Shown: positions 10,770 to 21,431, counted from the stretch's first letter. The stretch is DNA of 64,000 nt from an uncultured delta proteobacterium (GCA_963847445.1 CAWJZV010000007.1:128001-192000); one strand, 5' to 3'. Program-made: numbers and translations. Notes: generated by a model from the sequence alone, not told the origin.

Positions 10770-11855
10770 TTACCAGCGACGAGTTTCGCCGAGCTTGAAG
10801 ATCCAGGCACGTGACGCATCGATGTTGCGGCGGTGGAAATCGGCTAGTAACCGTTGCGGTGGCTCGTCGAGCGGCTCTTCCGCGAGATCGAAGGTGCCCC
10901 AGTGGATGCCGAGTAGCACGCGGGCGTTGAGGTCGATGAAGGCCTGCACCGCTTCTTCCGGCGTCAGGTGCACAGCTTTCATGATTTCTGGAGGTTGATA
11001 GGCGCCGATGGCGATCGCCGCGATGTCGAACGGACCGAGCCGCTGGCCGGCTTCCTTGAATCCCGCGAAATAACCGGTATCGCCGGAGAAATAAAGTCGT
11101 CGCTCGGGGCTCAACACCGCCCATGACGCCCACAGTCGTTGGTTCGCATCCGACAATGTTCGTTGGGAAAAATGCTGCGCCGGCACGCAGACGAATTTCA
11201 CGGTGCGATATTCGCGCTCCTGCCACCAGTCCATCTCTTCGACCCGGGTCATGCCGTTCTCCGCGAACCACGCCTTGAGACCGAGCGGAACCAAAAAGAG
11301 CGGATCGCGCGCCTCGGCAAGGCGCTTTACGGTGTTGAGGTCCAGATGGTCGTAGTGATCGTGCGAGATCAACACCACATCGATCCGCGGCAAATCTTCG
11401 AATGCCAGCCCGGGAGGGCTTAGACGGCGCGGGCCGCCCCAAGACACCGGACTTGCTCGTTCGCTCCACTGCGGGTCGGTGAGAATATTGACGCCGTTGA
11501 TTTGTACCAACAGGGTCGCAGTGGCCGATCCAGGTAATGCTCGGATTGACACTGCCGGCGCGCAGGAGGCGCCGTCGTTGGCGACGCGCGGCGCGACGAA
11601 GGTCCGCGGTGACATGGAAGTCGCCCACAATCGGCGCACAATGAAACTCCAGCGCGTCCACGTTGAAGGGCGCTGGAAATCCGCATTGGGATTGCGAAAA
11701 CCGTCCACCGCGTGATGCGCGGGTTGTCCGGCGATGGGCTGGTTTGCGACACCCGCACAGGCGATGAACCAGATTACAAAAAAAATTGCACAGTAACCGC
11801 GGCGCATAGATGCAGCCGGTATTGAAACATTTCTAGTGGGCGAAACGCTAGCCAA
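10770..11855 (-). CDS. MBL-fold metallo-hydrolase, RomA/NAPE-PLD-like; local compensating frameshifts near 11500-11570
   Basis: ISHDHYDHLD, AQHFSQR, FSGDTGY, IHWGTF. Confidence 0.9.
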   Translation of the reverse strand: MASVSPTRNVSIPAASMRRGYCAIFFVIWFIACAGVANQPIAGQPAHHAVDGFRNPNADFQRPSTWTRWSFIVRRLWATSMSPRTFVAPRVANDGASCAPAVSIRALPGSATATLLVQINGVNILTDPQWSERASPVSWGGPRRLSPPGLAFEDLPRIDVVLISHDHYDHLDLNTVKRLAEARDPLFLVPLGLKAWFAENGMTRVEEMDWWQEREYRTVKFVCVPAQHFSQRTLSDANQRLWASWAVLSPERRLYFSGDTGYFAGFKEAGQRLGPFDIAAIAIGAYQPPEIMKAVHLTPEEAVQAFIDLNARVLLGIHWGTFDLAEEPLDEPPQRLLADFHRRNIDASRAWIFKLGETRRW

Positions 11856-12236
11856 AGGAGTGTATGAGCCCGGTTATCCAGCGTCGCTTAACGTTTTAAC
11901 TTAACCCCTACAGGAGCGGAATGCTCCGCACCGACCGGCCGGTTTGGTGCGAAATACCCATCCGGGTATCTGCGCGAGCCGCGCGCTATTGCTTTTCAAG
12001 ACCGTGCAGTATTGAACAGCAAACCCTCCCGAATCAGCGTAGCGTCAAGCAGTTAAATAAAAAATTAATATTGCGCTTGGCGATCTTTGTCGATCTCGGT
12101 CATGAGGAAAGGCGCATTCAAGACAGACAGTTTCACAGAGACATGACCTTATTAACAACGCGGCACGATCGATGCCGCACAACCGCACCAGACAACCGCT
12201 GGCGGTTCGCCTCGGTGCAGGAAAAGGAGCACGGTA

Positions 12237-12914
12237 ATGAGTGGAAAAACTGAACAGATTAAAGAAGCAGCGGGTGCGCTTGCCATTTCGCCAGGAGGAC
12301 CAACGACGCAACGACGACTACGACTTGCGCTGTTGCCGCTCTGCGCGGGAATGTTGTTGGCGGCGGCGTGCACGGGTCCAGCCGGCCCAGCGGGTCCGAC
12401 AGGGATGACGGGAATGACCGGGAGGCAGGGCTCTACCGGCATGACCGGTGTGCAGGGCTCTACTGGCATGACCGGCGTGCAAGGCTCGGCTGGGGTAACC
12501 GGCGTTCAAGGCCCGGCAGGAAACACAGGGGCCCAGGGCGCGCCGGCATTGTCGCCGCAGCCGGGGGTTCGCTGGACGTTGGTGAAGGAGTTTATGTTTG
12601 ACTATGACAGGCCAGACATCCGCTATTCAGAGTCGAGAAAGCCCGCCGAGGTCGCAACCTACATGAGCCAGAATCCGTCCGTGCGGCTCGGCATCGCCGG
12701 CTACACGGATAGGCAGAGCACCGATCAGTACAATCTGCCGCTGAGCCAGCGCCGGGTCGCGACCGTTCGTGACGCGCTGATTCAGGCGGGGGTGTCGGCG
12801 GATCGCATCGAGACCGGCACTTTCGGTACGGATCGGTTCATGTGCAATCCGTCCAGCGAACAGTGCTCGCAGCGCGAGGGGCGAGTCGAAGTGCTGGCGC
12901 GAGCCATCAACTAG
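12237..12914 (+). CDS. OmpA-family lipoprotein with collagen-like linker
   Basis: Lipobox LAAAC, 19 Gly-X-Y triplets, GYTD...[10 protein letters not shown] OmpA_C motif, terminal RVEV. Confidence 0.88.
   Translation: MSGKTEQIKEAAGALAISPGGPTTQRRLRLALLPLCAGMLLAAACTGPAGPAGPTGMTGMTGRQGSTGMTGVQGSTGMTGVQGSAGVTGVQGPAGNTGAQGAPALSPQPGVRWTLVKEFMFDYDRPDIRYSESRKPAEVATYMSQNPSVRLGIAGYTDRQSTDQYNLPLSQRRVATVRDALIQAGVSADRIETGTFGTDRFMCNPSSEQCSQREGRVEVLARAIN
12375..12545 (+). repeat. Collagen-like Gly-X-Y repeat containing 27-bp tandem units
   Basis: CAGGGCTCTAC(C/T)GGCATGACCGG(T/C)GTG repeated. Confidence 0.9.
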
Positions 12915-12958
12915 CACCCGCGGTCAGGGATCTCCTTCGCGTCCTCGGCAGCGAAGTC

Positions 12959-13013
12959 GGGGCCGGGTCTTGCAATGCGACAACGGATTGGTCGATTGCG
13001 AGACCTGGTCCCC
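12959..13013 (+). repeat. RAYT-end-derived hairpin, copy 2
   Basis: GGGGCCGGGTCTTGCAATGCGACAAC...ATTGCGAGACCTGGTCCCC. Confidence 0.85.
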
Positions 13014-13054
13014 ATGACCCCACTTCGCGTTGTCTTGCGCTCAGATTTCTTCCA

Positions 13055-13216
13055 TCAGATGGATCTCATCGATTTTTTTAAGCGCTCGGCCAACTCGCTT
13101 TTTGCTTCCTGCAATTCGCCTTCCGCATCAACTAATTTCCTATACCATTTGTCCTTGGTCGACTTGGCAGTGCTCAGTTTACGGAGAATCTCAAAAATCT
13201 CGCCCTCCAGTGGCAT
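13055..13216 (-). CDS. Small coiled-coil hypothetical protein
   Basis: MPLEGEIFEILRKLS...ELAERLKKSMRSI has protein-like composition. Confidence 0.4.
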   Translation of the reverse strand: MPLEGEIFEILRKLSTAKSTKDKWYRKLVDAEGELQEAKSELAERLKKSMRSI

Positions 13217-13557
13217 GAGCAAGAATTGCGGTGACTGATTGCAATCTGACAGACGAAGCAACTCATCGCTCGTTAGCGGGATAGTCGTTCGCCGCGACTG
13301 CTTTTGGCGGGAATACTAACATTGACATGCTGCGGAAGCTGGTGGATAAATCAACCGAAGTAGATTTAATTGTCGGAGCCGTCGCGGCTCACCCGAACGT
13401 TAGCCGTTAATAGCCCATGTCAGCGCTTTTCGAATCATCCGCGCACGTTAAGGCGCAATAGCTTCTCATCACGCAACCAGAGTTTATAACCAAGATCGCC
13501 GAGGAACGGGTAACGTATCAGGCAATGGCCAATCCAACGCGGCAATAGGGGAGCAAT

Positions 13558-13827
13558 ATGGCGCGAGCAACCTACAAGGGCAAACGTGTTGAAGTTGAAA
13601 TTCTCACCGATACCTACAAGATTCGCGGAACGCTGTTTATCCCGTTGGCCGGCGAAGGCGGTTATAGTTCGCGCTTGTCCGACCTACTTAACAAATCAGA
13701 AATTCAGTTCCTCGCGCTGACTAACGTGAAGGCGGAAGCCTTCCCCGATCCTAACGAGAATTGGCAAGCGCCGTTCATTGCCGTCAATAAGAACGTGGTG
13801 ACCATGGTGCGGGAGATTAAGCAGTGA
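13558..13827 (+). CDS. Small conserved hypothetical protein (DUF6812-like)
   Basis: GGGGAG RBS; YKIRGTL...RLSDLLN...FLALTNV...FIAVNK pattern. Confidence 0.75.
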   Translation: MARATYKGKRVEVEILTDTYKIRGTLFIPLAGEGGYSSRLSDLLNKSEIQFLALTNVKAEAFPDPNENWQAPFIAVNKNVVTMVREIKQ

Positions 13828-14159
13828 TGCCACAGTTGACCGGTTGTCTCTCCCAAAAGGCATAAATCTGAATTGGTCCTTGGACGCACGGCTTATTCTA
13901 GAAGCGTGGAAGCGCGGAAGATTAAAAGTTCCGTAGAGCGCCGAAGTGCGGGCGATATACCAGCGATGCTCAATCTCATGCGGCAACAAATCATGCTCTT
14001 CGCCGATGGACATAAACGCAATTGCTGAAAAGTCCGGCCTGGTACCTGAAGGAGAGTCTTTTGGGTAATTGACTACTCGTCGGTCCGGGGCTAAAGCTCC
14101 CGTCAGTGAAAGAGGGTGTTTAATTTGCCTATCCATGTGCAGCCCGGGATAGATCCATC

Positions 14160-14816
14160 ATGAGAGAGATGAAACGCCACCGGCTACTTATCGTGATAGC
14201 GGCTGGATTGCTGGTCGCGGCAAGCGGGTGCTCTGCCAAGAGAATCGTCAGCCAGTGGAGCAACCCCGACTACGCGAGCGCGCCACCGGTTTTTAGAAAG
14301 ATAATGGTGGTCGGAGCCATTGAACTAGACGCGATCCGGCGCAACTTCGAGGATCGGTTTGTCGCCGAACTGCGCGCGGCCGGCGTCGATGCATTGCCCA
14401 GTTACCGGCTCGTCGCAGACCCTGGAAAAGATATCGAGGGGAGTATCAAAACGGCCGTGCAAAGCGCCGGCGCCGACGGTGTGCTGGTCACTCGGTTAAT
14501 ACGAGTCGAGCAGCGCATCGATGCGAGCCCGGGCTATTATCAGCCCTACTTCGGATTCGGCTATTATCGTTGGTACCATCCGGGGTGGTACGGCGGCGAC
14601 TACTACACGGCGCCAAACTTCTATCAGTATCCGGTTTATTACTCCGAGACCACGCTGTTTAACGCAGCGAAGAATGAGATTGTCTGGACCGGCACGATCC
14701 GCACCATCGACCCGGAGAATGCCAATCAGGCGATTGTAGATTACGTCGCCACGGTTGTCACCGCGCTCAAGAACAATCAATTGTTGCCCGGCACGTCGCC
14801 GCAAGGCGGCTCGTAG
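14160..14816 (+). CDS. Lipoprotein, DUF4136-like
   Basis: Lipobox ASGC, Tyr/Gly-rich loop, SETTLFN...IVWTG. Confidence 0.75.
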   Translation: MREMKRHRLLIVIAAGLLVAASGCSAKRIVSQWSNPDYASAPPVFRKIMVVGAIELDAIRRNFEDRFVAELRAAGVDALPSYRLVADPGKDIEGSIKTAVQSAGADGVLVTRLIRVEQRIDASPGYYQPYFGFGYYRWYHPGWYGGDYYTAPNFYQYPVYYSETTLFNAAKNEIVWTGTIRTIDPENANQAIVDYVATVVTALKNNQLLPGTSPQGGS

Positions 14817-14824
14817 GCAGCACT

Positions 14825-14910
14825 TGTCAGCTAATAGATCTTTCTTCAAGTTGGCGGAATCTCACAGTGTGGCGGCCAGCTTGGCGATCGCCTGCGACGC
14901 GCCCTTGTCG
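14825..14910 (-). repeat. Diverged copy of the 3' end and trailer of the MBL gene 7903-8658
   Basis: Reverse complement GACAAGGGCGCGTCGCAGGCGATCGCCAAGCTGGCCGCCACACTGTGAGA matches 8611-8660. Confidence 0.85.
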
Positions 14911-16042
14911 GCGAGATCGCCTTTTCGTGGGCTACCACCGCATCGAAGTCGGCGTGGGGTTCGAGCTCGCTCTCCACGGCCCGCACGAAGGTATCCAGCC
15001 GGTGCAAGCCGTCAAGCTTGTCTCCGCCGCCGAGCTTTGCCCTATCGAGGGAGGTCCGAAGAAAATTGACCGATTCGTCATAGGTCTTCAACGGCACGGG
15101 AAACGGATGGCGATCTTTGCCGCCGTGGGCAAAGGAAAATCGCGCCGGGTCCGAGAAGCGGCTCGCCGCGCCATGCACCACCTCGGCAATTAACGCCAGC
15201 GACTGAAGCGTGCGCGGACCGATACCTTCGAGAAGCAGCAGCTCGGCGAACTGCCGTAAGTCGCGCTCATAGGCGACGGCAAGCACTGCGCCCAAACGTT
15301 TGAGATCGATGTTTTCCGCGCGTACCTCGTGATGGTTGGGCATCCGCAGGTGACGCGCGGCGGTTAGCGTCGTCTCCGGCTTTTCGCGAGCGATTTCCAA
15401 AAGTGCGCTTTGGGCGGGTCTTGCCTGTGCATCTACGAGATTCATTATGAAACCTTGATTCTCGCCGACAATGCCGGTGTGCGGTTCGGCCACGAAATCG
15501 TTGAGCGTGGCGGAATGCCAGTGATAGCGGCGCGCCATGCCGCTTCGATCGTTCAAGCCTTGCTGTACGACGGCCCATTCTCCATTCGCTGCCAGGACAA
15601 AACTATGGAGGTAGATCTGAAAGCCGTCGGCAATGGCATTGTTGTCGACCCGCGCGGTTAGGCGGCTCGCGCGCACCAATGCTTCGCCGTCGAATCCGCG
15701 ACGGTCGGCAATCCAGCGCAGTTCCTGGGGCGTGTTGCGCGAAAATCTGCCGCGACCGCCGCATATGTAAATGCCGATCTCATCTGCACGCGTCGCCAGA
15801 CCGCGCTTCAGCGCGCCCATGACCGATGTCGTGATCCCCGAAGAGTGCCAGTCCATGCCCATCACCGCGCCCAGCGCTTGGAACCAAAAGGGATCGCTCA
15901 GTCGTGACAGGAAAGCCGAGGAACCGTAATGATGAATGATGGCCTCGGTGATCGCCGTGCCGAGTTTAGTCATGCGTTCAGCGAGCCAGAGCGGCACGCG
16001 GCCGCCGTGAAGCGGCAGATCGGCGGTTCCGGAGCGTTTCAT
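14846..16042 (-). CDS. DUF763 family protein; native C-terminus replaced near 14912
   Basis: MKRSGTADLPLHGGRVP, GMDWHSSGITT, FSFAHGGKD. Confidence 0.9.
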   Translation of the reverse strand: MKRSGTADLPLHGGRVPLWLAERMTKLGTAITEAIIHHYGSSAFLSRLSDPFWFQALGAVMGMDWHSSGITTSVMGALKRGLATRADEIGIYICGGRGRFSRNTPQELRWIADRRGFDGEALVRASRLTARVDNNAIADGFQIYLHSFVLAANGEWAVVQQGLNDRSGMARRYHWHSATLNDFVAEPHTGIVGENQGFIMNLVDAQARPAQSALLEIAREKPETTLTAARHLRMPNHHEVRAENIDLKRLGAVLAVAYERDLRQFAELLLLEGIGPRTLQSLALIAEVVHGAASRFSDPARFSFAHGGKDRHPFPVPLKTYDESVNFLRTSLDRAKLGGGDKLDGLHRLDTFVRAVESELEPHADFDAVVAHEKAISPTRARRRRSPSWPPHCEIPPT

Positions 16043-16140
16043 ATCGTGACTCTACGGTATCTCGTTAGGTGGCCAATTCAATCAAGCGAATGGGCAAAGC
16101 AACAACGGACGCGAACTTTTTTTTACAGCCTGATGACCGC

Positions 16141-16809
16141 GCTATTGGTTGACTCTCGGAACTGATTTTACCACCGACGAGTTTCGCCGAGCTTGAAGAT
16201 CCAGGCACGTGACGCATCCATGTTGCGGCGGTGGAAATCGGCTAGTAACCGTTGCGGTGGCTCATCGAGCGGCTCTTCCGCGAGATCGAAGGTGCCCCAG
16301 TGGATGCCGAGTAGCACGCGGGCGTTGAGGTCGATGAAGGCCTGCACCGCTTCTTCCGGCGTCAGGTGCACAGCTTTCATGATTTCCGGAGGTTGATAGG
16401 CGCCGATAGCGATCGCCGCGATGTCGAACGGACCGAGCCGCTGGCCGGCTTCCTTGAATCCCGCGAAATAACCGGTATCGCCGGAGAAATAAAGTCGTCG
16501 CTCGGGGCTCAACACCGCCCATGACGCCCACAGTCGTTGGTTCGCATCCGACAATGTTCGTTGGGAAAAATGCTGCGCCGGCACGCAGGCGAATTTCACG
16601 GTGCGATATTCGCGCTCCTGCCACCAGTCCATCTCTTCGACCCGGGTCATGCCGTTCTCCGCGAACCACGCCTTGAGACCGAGCGGAACCAAAAAGAGCG
16701 GATCACGCGCCTCGGCAAGGCGCTTTACGGTGTTGAGGTCCAGATGGTCGTAGTGATCGTGCGAGATCAACACCACATCGATCCGCGGCAAATCTTCGAA
16801 TGCCAGCCC
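16141..16809 (-). pseudogene. 5'-truncated, about 99% identical duplicate of MBL gene segment 10743-11411
   Basis: 669-bp direct repeat with about 7 mostly synonymous substitutions. Confidence 0.92.
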
Positions 16810-17066
16810 TCGCCCTCGATCCACCTGACTTTCATGGCTTTTTCGAAGCCTATCTGGGAAATCACTGGTATCTGTTCGATGCCACGCGACTGGCCCCGCT
16901 GGCAGGACTTGTACGCATCGGCATGGGCCGCGACGCTGCCGATGTGCCATTCGCGACGATCATTGGAGCGGCGACTTTAAAAAATAAAGTCGTATTGGCT
17001 CAGGAACTGACCGAGGAAATTCCACAAGAGGTAGCCGCGGTCGAGCCAGCGGTTTCCACGGCCTAA
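16810..17066 (+). pseudogene. Orphan 3' end of a transglutaminase-like protein gene
   Basis: PPDFHGFFEAYLGNHWYLFDATRLAP...RIGMGRDAADVPF. Confidence 0.85.
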
Positions 17067-17328
17067 GGGAAATGACCGGCATGGGCGCGCGATATGATGC
17101 GCAAGCCGGGCTAATCCCTCCGCTGTCTTCGTTATAGACTCTCCCTTCAATTGACACCAGCAGAGCTACCTCAATCATTCTTACGACTCGCAGCAAGAGC
17201 GCAAGTTTAATCCCAACCCTGACTTGACGACTCACCGCCTCGGCGATATAGCTCGCGTCAAAAAACTGCTTGTTTGAATTTCTTATCTTTCTATACGGAC
17301 AAACCGGATAACGTCGTAGGATCCCGTC

Positions 17329-19356
17329 ATGCAGTTCGCTGCCACTCATCATCGCCCGCTGTCAGCGCAAGTCCGTCTTCGCGCCGATGTGCGCCGAACC
17401 ATCCTCACGGATGAAGCCGTGTCATTCGAGTTCACGCTGGTCGGCCTCGAACCGCGCACCATGTCGGCGGTGGTCCTGCAGGAGTTGGCACCCTCCGGAT
17501 GGATCGATCACAGCACGATCTGGACGCCGCCGCAGCAACCCAGCGGCAGCGGCCGCGTGCGGCTGCACGCGGGCTCCACGGCCATCCGCTGTCGGCTGTC
17601 GTCGTTCGACAATCGCGCCAAGCCCGCGTTCACGCCGCCCCTTCCCGTCGACACACGCGAAGCCCCGCGGATTCTCATCCTGCTATCGATGGGCGGAGCA
17701 TGGACTGGGGCGCCACCGACTCCGCCGGGAAACCCGAACGCACAGGCGGTGCTCGCGGATCACGGTATCAAGGTCGACGAAGCCCGGTGTCGGCTTCGGG
17801 GCATCTCCTCGGAGCTGATCAGAACGCTGACGACCAATCGCAACGTGCAATGTAACGACCTCTGCGACGAAAACTGCACGAACTTCTTAGAGCACCTCGG
17901 TCTCAGACTGATGAACGACGAAAGCCTGGCGAGCGAGCTCAAGAGCATCCGCAATTCCGGCTACTGCAACAGGCGCAGCAACGACGAAGGCCTCGCCAAC
18001 AAGATCGTCGTTGGCAAATGGGAGAACTCCGAGCTCGAGCCCGTGCGTCCCGCCGGCATCCGGACCTGGGAGGACATCCTCGACGAGTACCGCGCCGACG
18101 GCGGGCGACACGTCATCCTCGTCGGCCAGAGCCATGGCTGCGCCAAGTTCGCCGGCATGACGAGAGACCACTGGCGGTGGGGTAATGATTTGTCGGTCGA
18201 CCTGTTCGTCTCCTGGGACGGCGCTGACCTCGGGGGAGGTGTGTCCAGCGTCGGCGACGTGCCGAAGACTGTGCTCGCCTTCTATCAGCGTGACGATCTC
18301 GCGCATTGGCAGAACGGCCAGCACATCGAGCAGGCCACCGAGGAGCACGACCTGACGAAACTTCTCAGCCACAACGCCATCGCGCGCAGCGCCTTCGTGC
18401 ACGACAAGACAACGACCTTCATCCGCGACACCGTCAGCTCGGTGCGCGGCAAGGCCCGTGGCGGCGATGTTGCCACTTACAAAATTGATGCCGGCGGCTC
18501 CCTCGGCGAGCGCATCGAGCTGCGCCGCCTATCCGCCGATTTATCACCGACGTTTGCCAGTCGGCTCGGCGAAACCAGTTATCTGCACTTTCTCGCCCAC
18601 GAGAGTGGCCGGGCGATCACGCGGCGGATCGACGACCACGGCATGCTCGCCGCGGTAGCCAGCGAAGCCACTCTCTCACGGGGACTCACGGCTGCAACAT
18701 CCTTCACGATTGGCGACAGCGCATTGGCGCTGCTCGCCAGCGCGGACGAAAACAACACGGCTATCAGGCGTCTCGGCACGGATGGGTCGATCGGGCCGCG
18801 AGTCTATCCCGGGACTATCGTCGAGCAAGCATCAAGCCTCTTGAAAGGGACATGGGATCAGGTTTGTGCTTTTCGCGCAGGCAATCGCGCGTTCGTGGCA
18901 CTTGCCGGTGCGAGCGAAAATCTCCGCATCGTGCGCCTGCAGACGAACGGGCGGCCCGAGGCAGTGGTGTCGAATCCCGCCGGGGTCTTTGGCCTTGGCC
19001 GGCTCATGGCGATCGCATCGTACACCATTGGGGCATCGACCTTCATGTTCACCTTCGGGGACGGCCAATCGGTCTATCGGATGAACGACGACGGCTCACG
19101 CGGCTCGCGGGTGTGGCACGAAGCCCCTCCGCTGGCGCAGATAACCGTCGCCACCGTCGTTGCCCATCTTCGTGTCGGGACCGCACAATCGCTCTTGCTG
19201 CTCGACGCACTTGGCGGCCTGCACATCCGTCGTATCGCCGCCGACGGTAAGATCGGCGAGACTCTATACCGCGCAAACATCGGACGCATTGGCCGACAGT
19301 CGATCGCAACCTATGTGATCGACGGCGTCGGCTACCTGCTGGTCCTCACGCGCTAA
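17329..19356 (+). CDS. Hypothetical protein: alpha/beta-hydrolase-like core plus C-terminal beta-repeat region
   Basis: VILVGQSHG nucleophile elbow; six roughly 50-aa units of type RRIxxDGxIG. Confidence 0.65.
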   Translation: MQFAATHHRPLSAQVRLRADVRRTILTDEAVSFEFTLVGLEPRTMSAVVLQELAPSGWIDHSTIWTPPQQPSGSGRVRLHAGSTAIRCRLSSFDNRAKPAFTPPLPVDTREAPRILILLSMGGAWTGAPPTPPGNPNAQAVLADHGIKVDEARCRLRGISSELIRTLTTNRNVQCNDLCDENCTNFLEHLGLRLMNDESLASELKSIRNSGYCNRRSNDEGLANKIVVGKWENSELEPVRPAGIRTWEDILDEYRADGGRHVILVGQSHGCAKFAGMTRDHWRWGNDLSVDLFVSWDGADLGGGVSSVGDVPKTVLAFYQRDDLAHWQNGQHIEQATEEHDLTKLLSHNAIARSAFVHDKTTTFIRDTVSSVRGKARGGDVATYKIDAGGSLGERIELRRLSADLSPTFASRLGETSYLHFLAHESGRAITRRIDDHGMLAAVASEATLSRGLTAATSFTIGDSALALLASADENNTAIRRLGTDGSIGPRVYPGTIVEQASSLLKGTWDQVCAFRAGNRAFVALAGASENLRIVRLQTNGRPEAVVSNPAGVFGLGRLMAIASYTIGASTFMFTFGDGQSVYRMNDDGSRGSRVWHEAPPLAQITVATVVAHLRVGTAQSLLLLDALGGLHIRRIAADGKIGETLYRANIGRIGRQSIATYVIDGVGYLLVLTR

Positions 19357-19571
19357 CCATGACTCACGGGCTCTACTCGAAAGTTCGATCGAGTCTGGGC
19401 GCGACCCAACAGAAATTGACGGTGAGAGCTGCACATGAACAAGTATGGAGCGCTGAGGCAACTGGCCATATTCTCGGTTGCAAGCTTAGCGCCAGACCAT
19501 CTGGGTTAGCGAGAAACAACCTTTGGTCCGTATGGCTGAAAAAATTCTTCTAGCGGGCTTTACTGCTGCCG

Positions 19572-19960
19572 TCAAATTTCGCTGGCAGGCGGCGAGAGTT
19601 TGGCCTGAGGAAAGGTGGCGCTAAGCACCCAGTCATCGTCCGAATGCAGGACGCGCACCTCGGCGCAATGCCCGATCGCTGCCGCGAGGCTGCCGCCGGT
19701 TTTGGCCTTCTCCAATGGTACCGCCGCGGCCATTAAGCAAACCTTGCCGACCGCCGGCCCGCCGTCCTGGCGTAACCGATCGATAGTCTCGAGCGCAACG
19801 CGGCTACCGAGTGAATGGCCGATGAAATGGACAACGTGAAGATTGGGCATGGAATGAAGATGGCGCGCCAAACACCATCCCGCTTCTCTCTGACGTCTCC
19901 ACGGTCGCGGCATAGATGAGAAAATCCGCATAGTCCAACCAGCCCCACCATGCGGCGTCG
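19572..19960 (-). pseudogene. Alpha/beta hydrolase (DUF900-like) fragment fused behind a RAYT stub
   Basis: HFIGHSLGSRVALE, CLMAAAVP, VLHSDDDWVL. Confidence 0.7.
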
Positions 19961-19961
19961 C

Positions 19962-20253
19962 CAGGCGACACCAGTAGATGGTAATGTTTGCTCATCAAGC
20001 AGTATGCATATTCTTAACTTTGCAAAGCCGGCGATTTGGCGAGCAAGTCGAACAAACTTCGCTGTCCTTTATCGGCCGGGATGAGTCCTGCGCGGTTGGC
20101 CAGAATCGATGACGCGGTCAATTGCCCCGCGATATTGCATGCGCATGGATCAGGTCATGAGGATCGTTTATTTCATGCTTGGTCATCTGTCTAGAGTTAA
20201 CGTTTACAATCGGTTTGTTCTTCGATGGGGCAAGGCAAGACCTGACCTCGGGG
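19962..20253 (-). mobile_element. Degenerate 5' stub of RAYT family B plus GCAAGACCTGACC end motif
   Basis: AYCLMSKHYHLLVS; upstream GGATCGTTTATTTCATGC shared with the 28.4 kb and 40.8 kb copies. Confidence 0.8.
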
Positions 20254-20291
20254 ACAATGCATGACCAACTCTCGGCCCAACGCGCTTTTAC

Positions 20292-21365
20292 TCAACGCTC
20301 CCATCTTTTCCGGGATACCACTTCGGCGATGGCGGTCGAAGTCTTTATGGCGCCCTTGGCGACTAGCTGGACGAGAAACTCGGTTGCGGCGCGTGCGCCG
20401 GTTGCGTTGGTAACTCGCTGCGCGGCGGCTGAGACCTGCTCGACGGTCGCGATCGCTGTGCCGGTCAGTGCCGAAGTGGCGCTCCCCGTGGTGTTCTTCG
20501 CGGCGTTCCAAATCACCACTCCGATCCGCTCCGCGCCTTGCTTGGCGACCGAGCCGAGCATACCGGCTGCTTCCAGCGTTGCTGTATGCCGCAGGGATTT
20601 AGCAGCGGGCTTGATCACGCTGCCGCAATAGCCGCTGGCGAGACAGCCGATTCTCAGGGTGAGAAACGCGTTGACCGTGCCATCGACACAGGACGTCGTG
20701 ACCAAACTAGCGACCTGTGCGAATCCGGGAATCGCGGCGACGACCGAGTTCGCTAACACCGGCGCAAGCAAGGGCTCGATCAGTTCGCTGAGGTCCATAT
20801 CCTCGACATTCTGTGCCACGAATGCCGCAGCAGCAACGTTGCCGTAGAGCGCAATAAGATCGCCTGACGCGGGCCGCTGCCAATAGAGGTGGGCGATCTG
20901 CCAAACCAAGCGACACTGCGTTACCAAGACCATCAGGCCATCGAGCCGGCCCGACTGCGAGACTGCGGTGCTCAGAAACACTGCCATGGCGGTATCCGCG
21001 GTTTTTTGACGGGAGAGTTGAGCCAGTTCCGCAAGAGCGGGTCCGACGGTCGCAGCCGTAAGTTGCCGGTTATTGAGATTTCTGTTTCGTCGAAGGCGCT
21101 GCGCAAGCTCTTCCAAGTACGCGGCTTGCGCGGAAGCGTCTTCTGGGGGCGGCGGAACAAGCCGCTTTGGAAGCCGAGCGAAAGTAACGACGGGAATGAG
21201 AATGCAGGCGGCGTATAGAGCCAGCAGAAACCAAAGCAAAGCCTGCCCCATCAGCGGATGCACGGCGCTCACAAAGGCGACGGTTTCCCTGGTCTCGCGG
21301 GCAATGACTAGCGCAACCGCTATCAGCACAAGGATGGCGACCGGTATGAGTATGCGTTTTAGCAC
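20292..21365 (-). CDS. YcjF/DUF697 family membrane protein
   Basis: Two N-terminal TM segments, TAVSQSGRLDGL, DGTVNAFLTLRIG. Confidence 0.8.
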   Translation of the reverse strand: MLKRILIPVAILVLIAVALVIARETRETVAFVSAVHPLMGQALLWFLLALYAACILIPVVTFARLPKRLVPPPPEDASAQAAYLEELAQRLRRNRNLNNRQLTAATVGPALAELAQLSRQKTADTAMAVFLSTAVSQSGRLDGLMVLVTQCRLVWQIAHLYWQRPASGDLIALYGNVAAAAFVAQNVEDMDLSELIEPLLAPVLANSVVAAIPGFAQVASLVTTSCVDGTVNAFLTLRIGCLASGYCGSVIKPAAKSLRHTATLEAAGMLGSVAKQGAERIGVVIWNAAKNTTGSATSALTGTAIATVEQVSAAAQRVTNATGARAATEFLVQLVAKGAIKTSTAIAEVVSRKRWER

Positions 21366-21431
21366 GACGCCTGCAAAGATACTTTAGTTAAGCGCTACCG
21401 ACAAGTTTCCGATGGTAGACCAAACGCTCTT

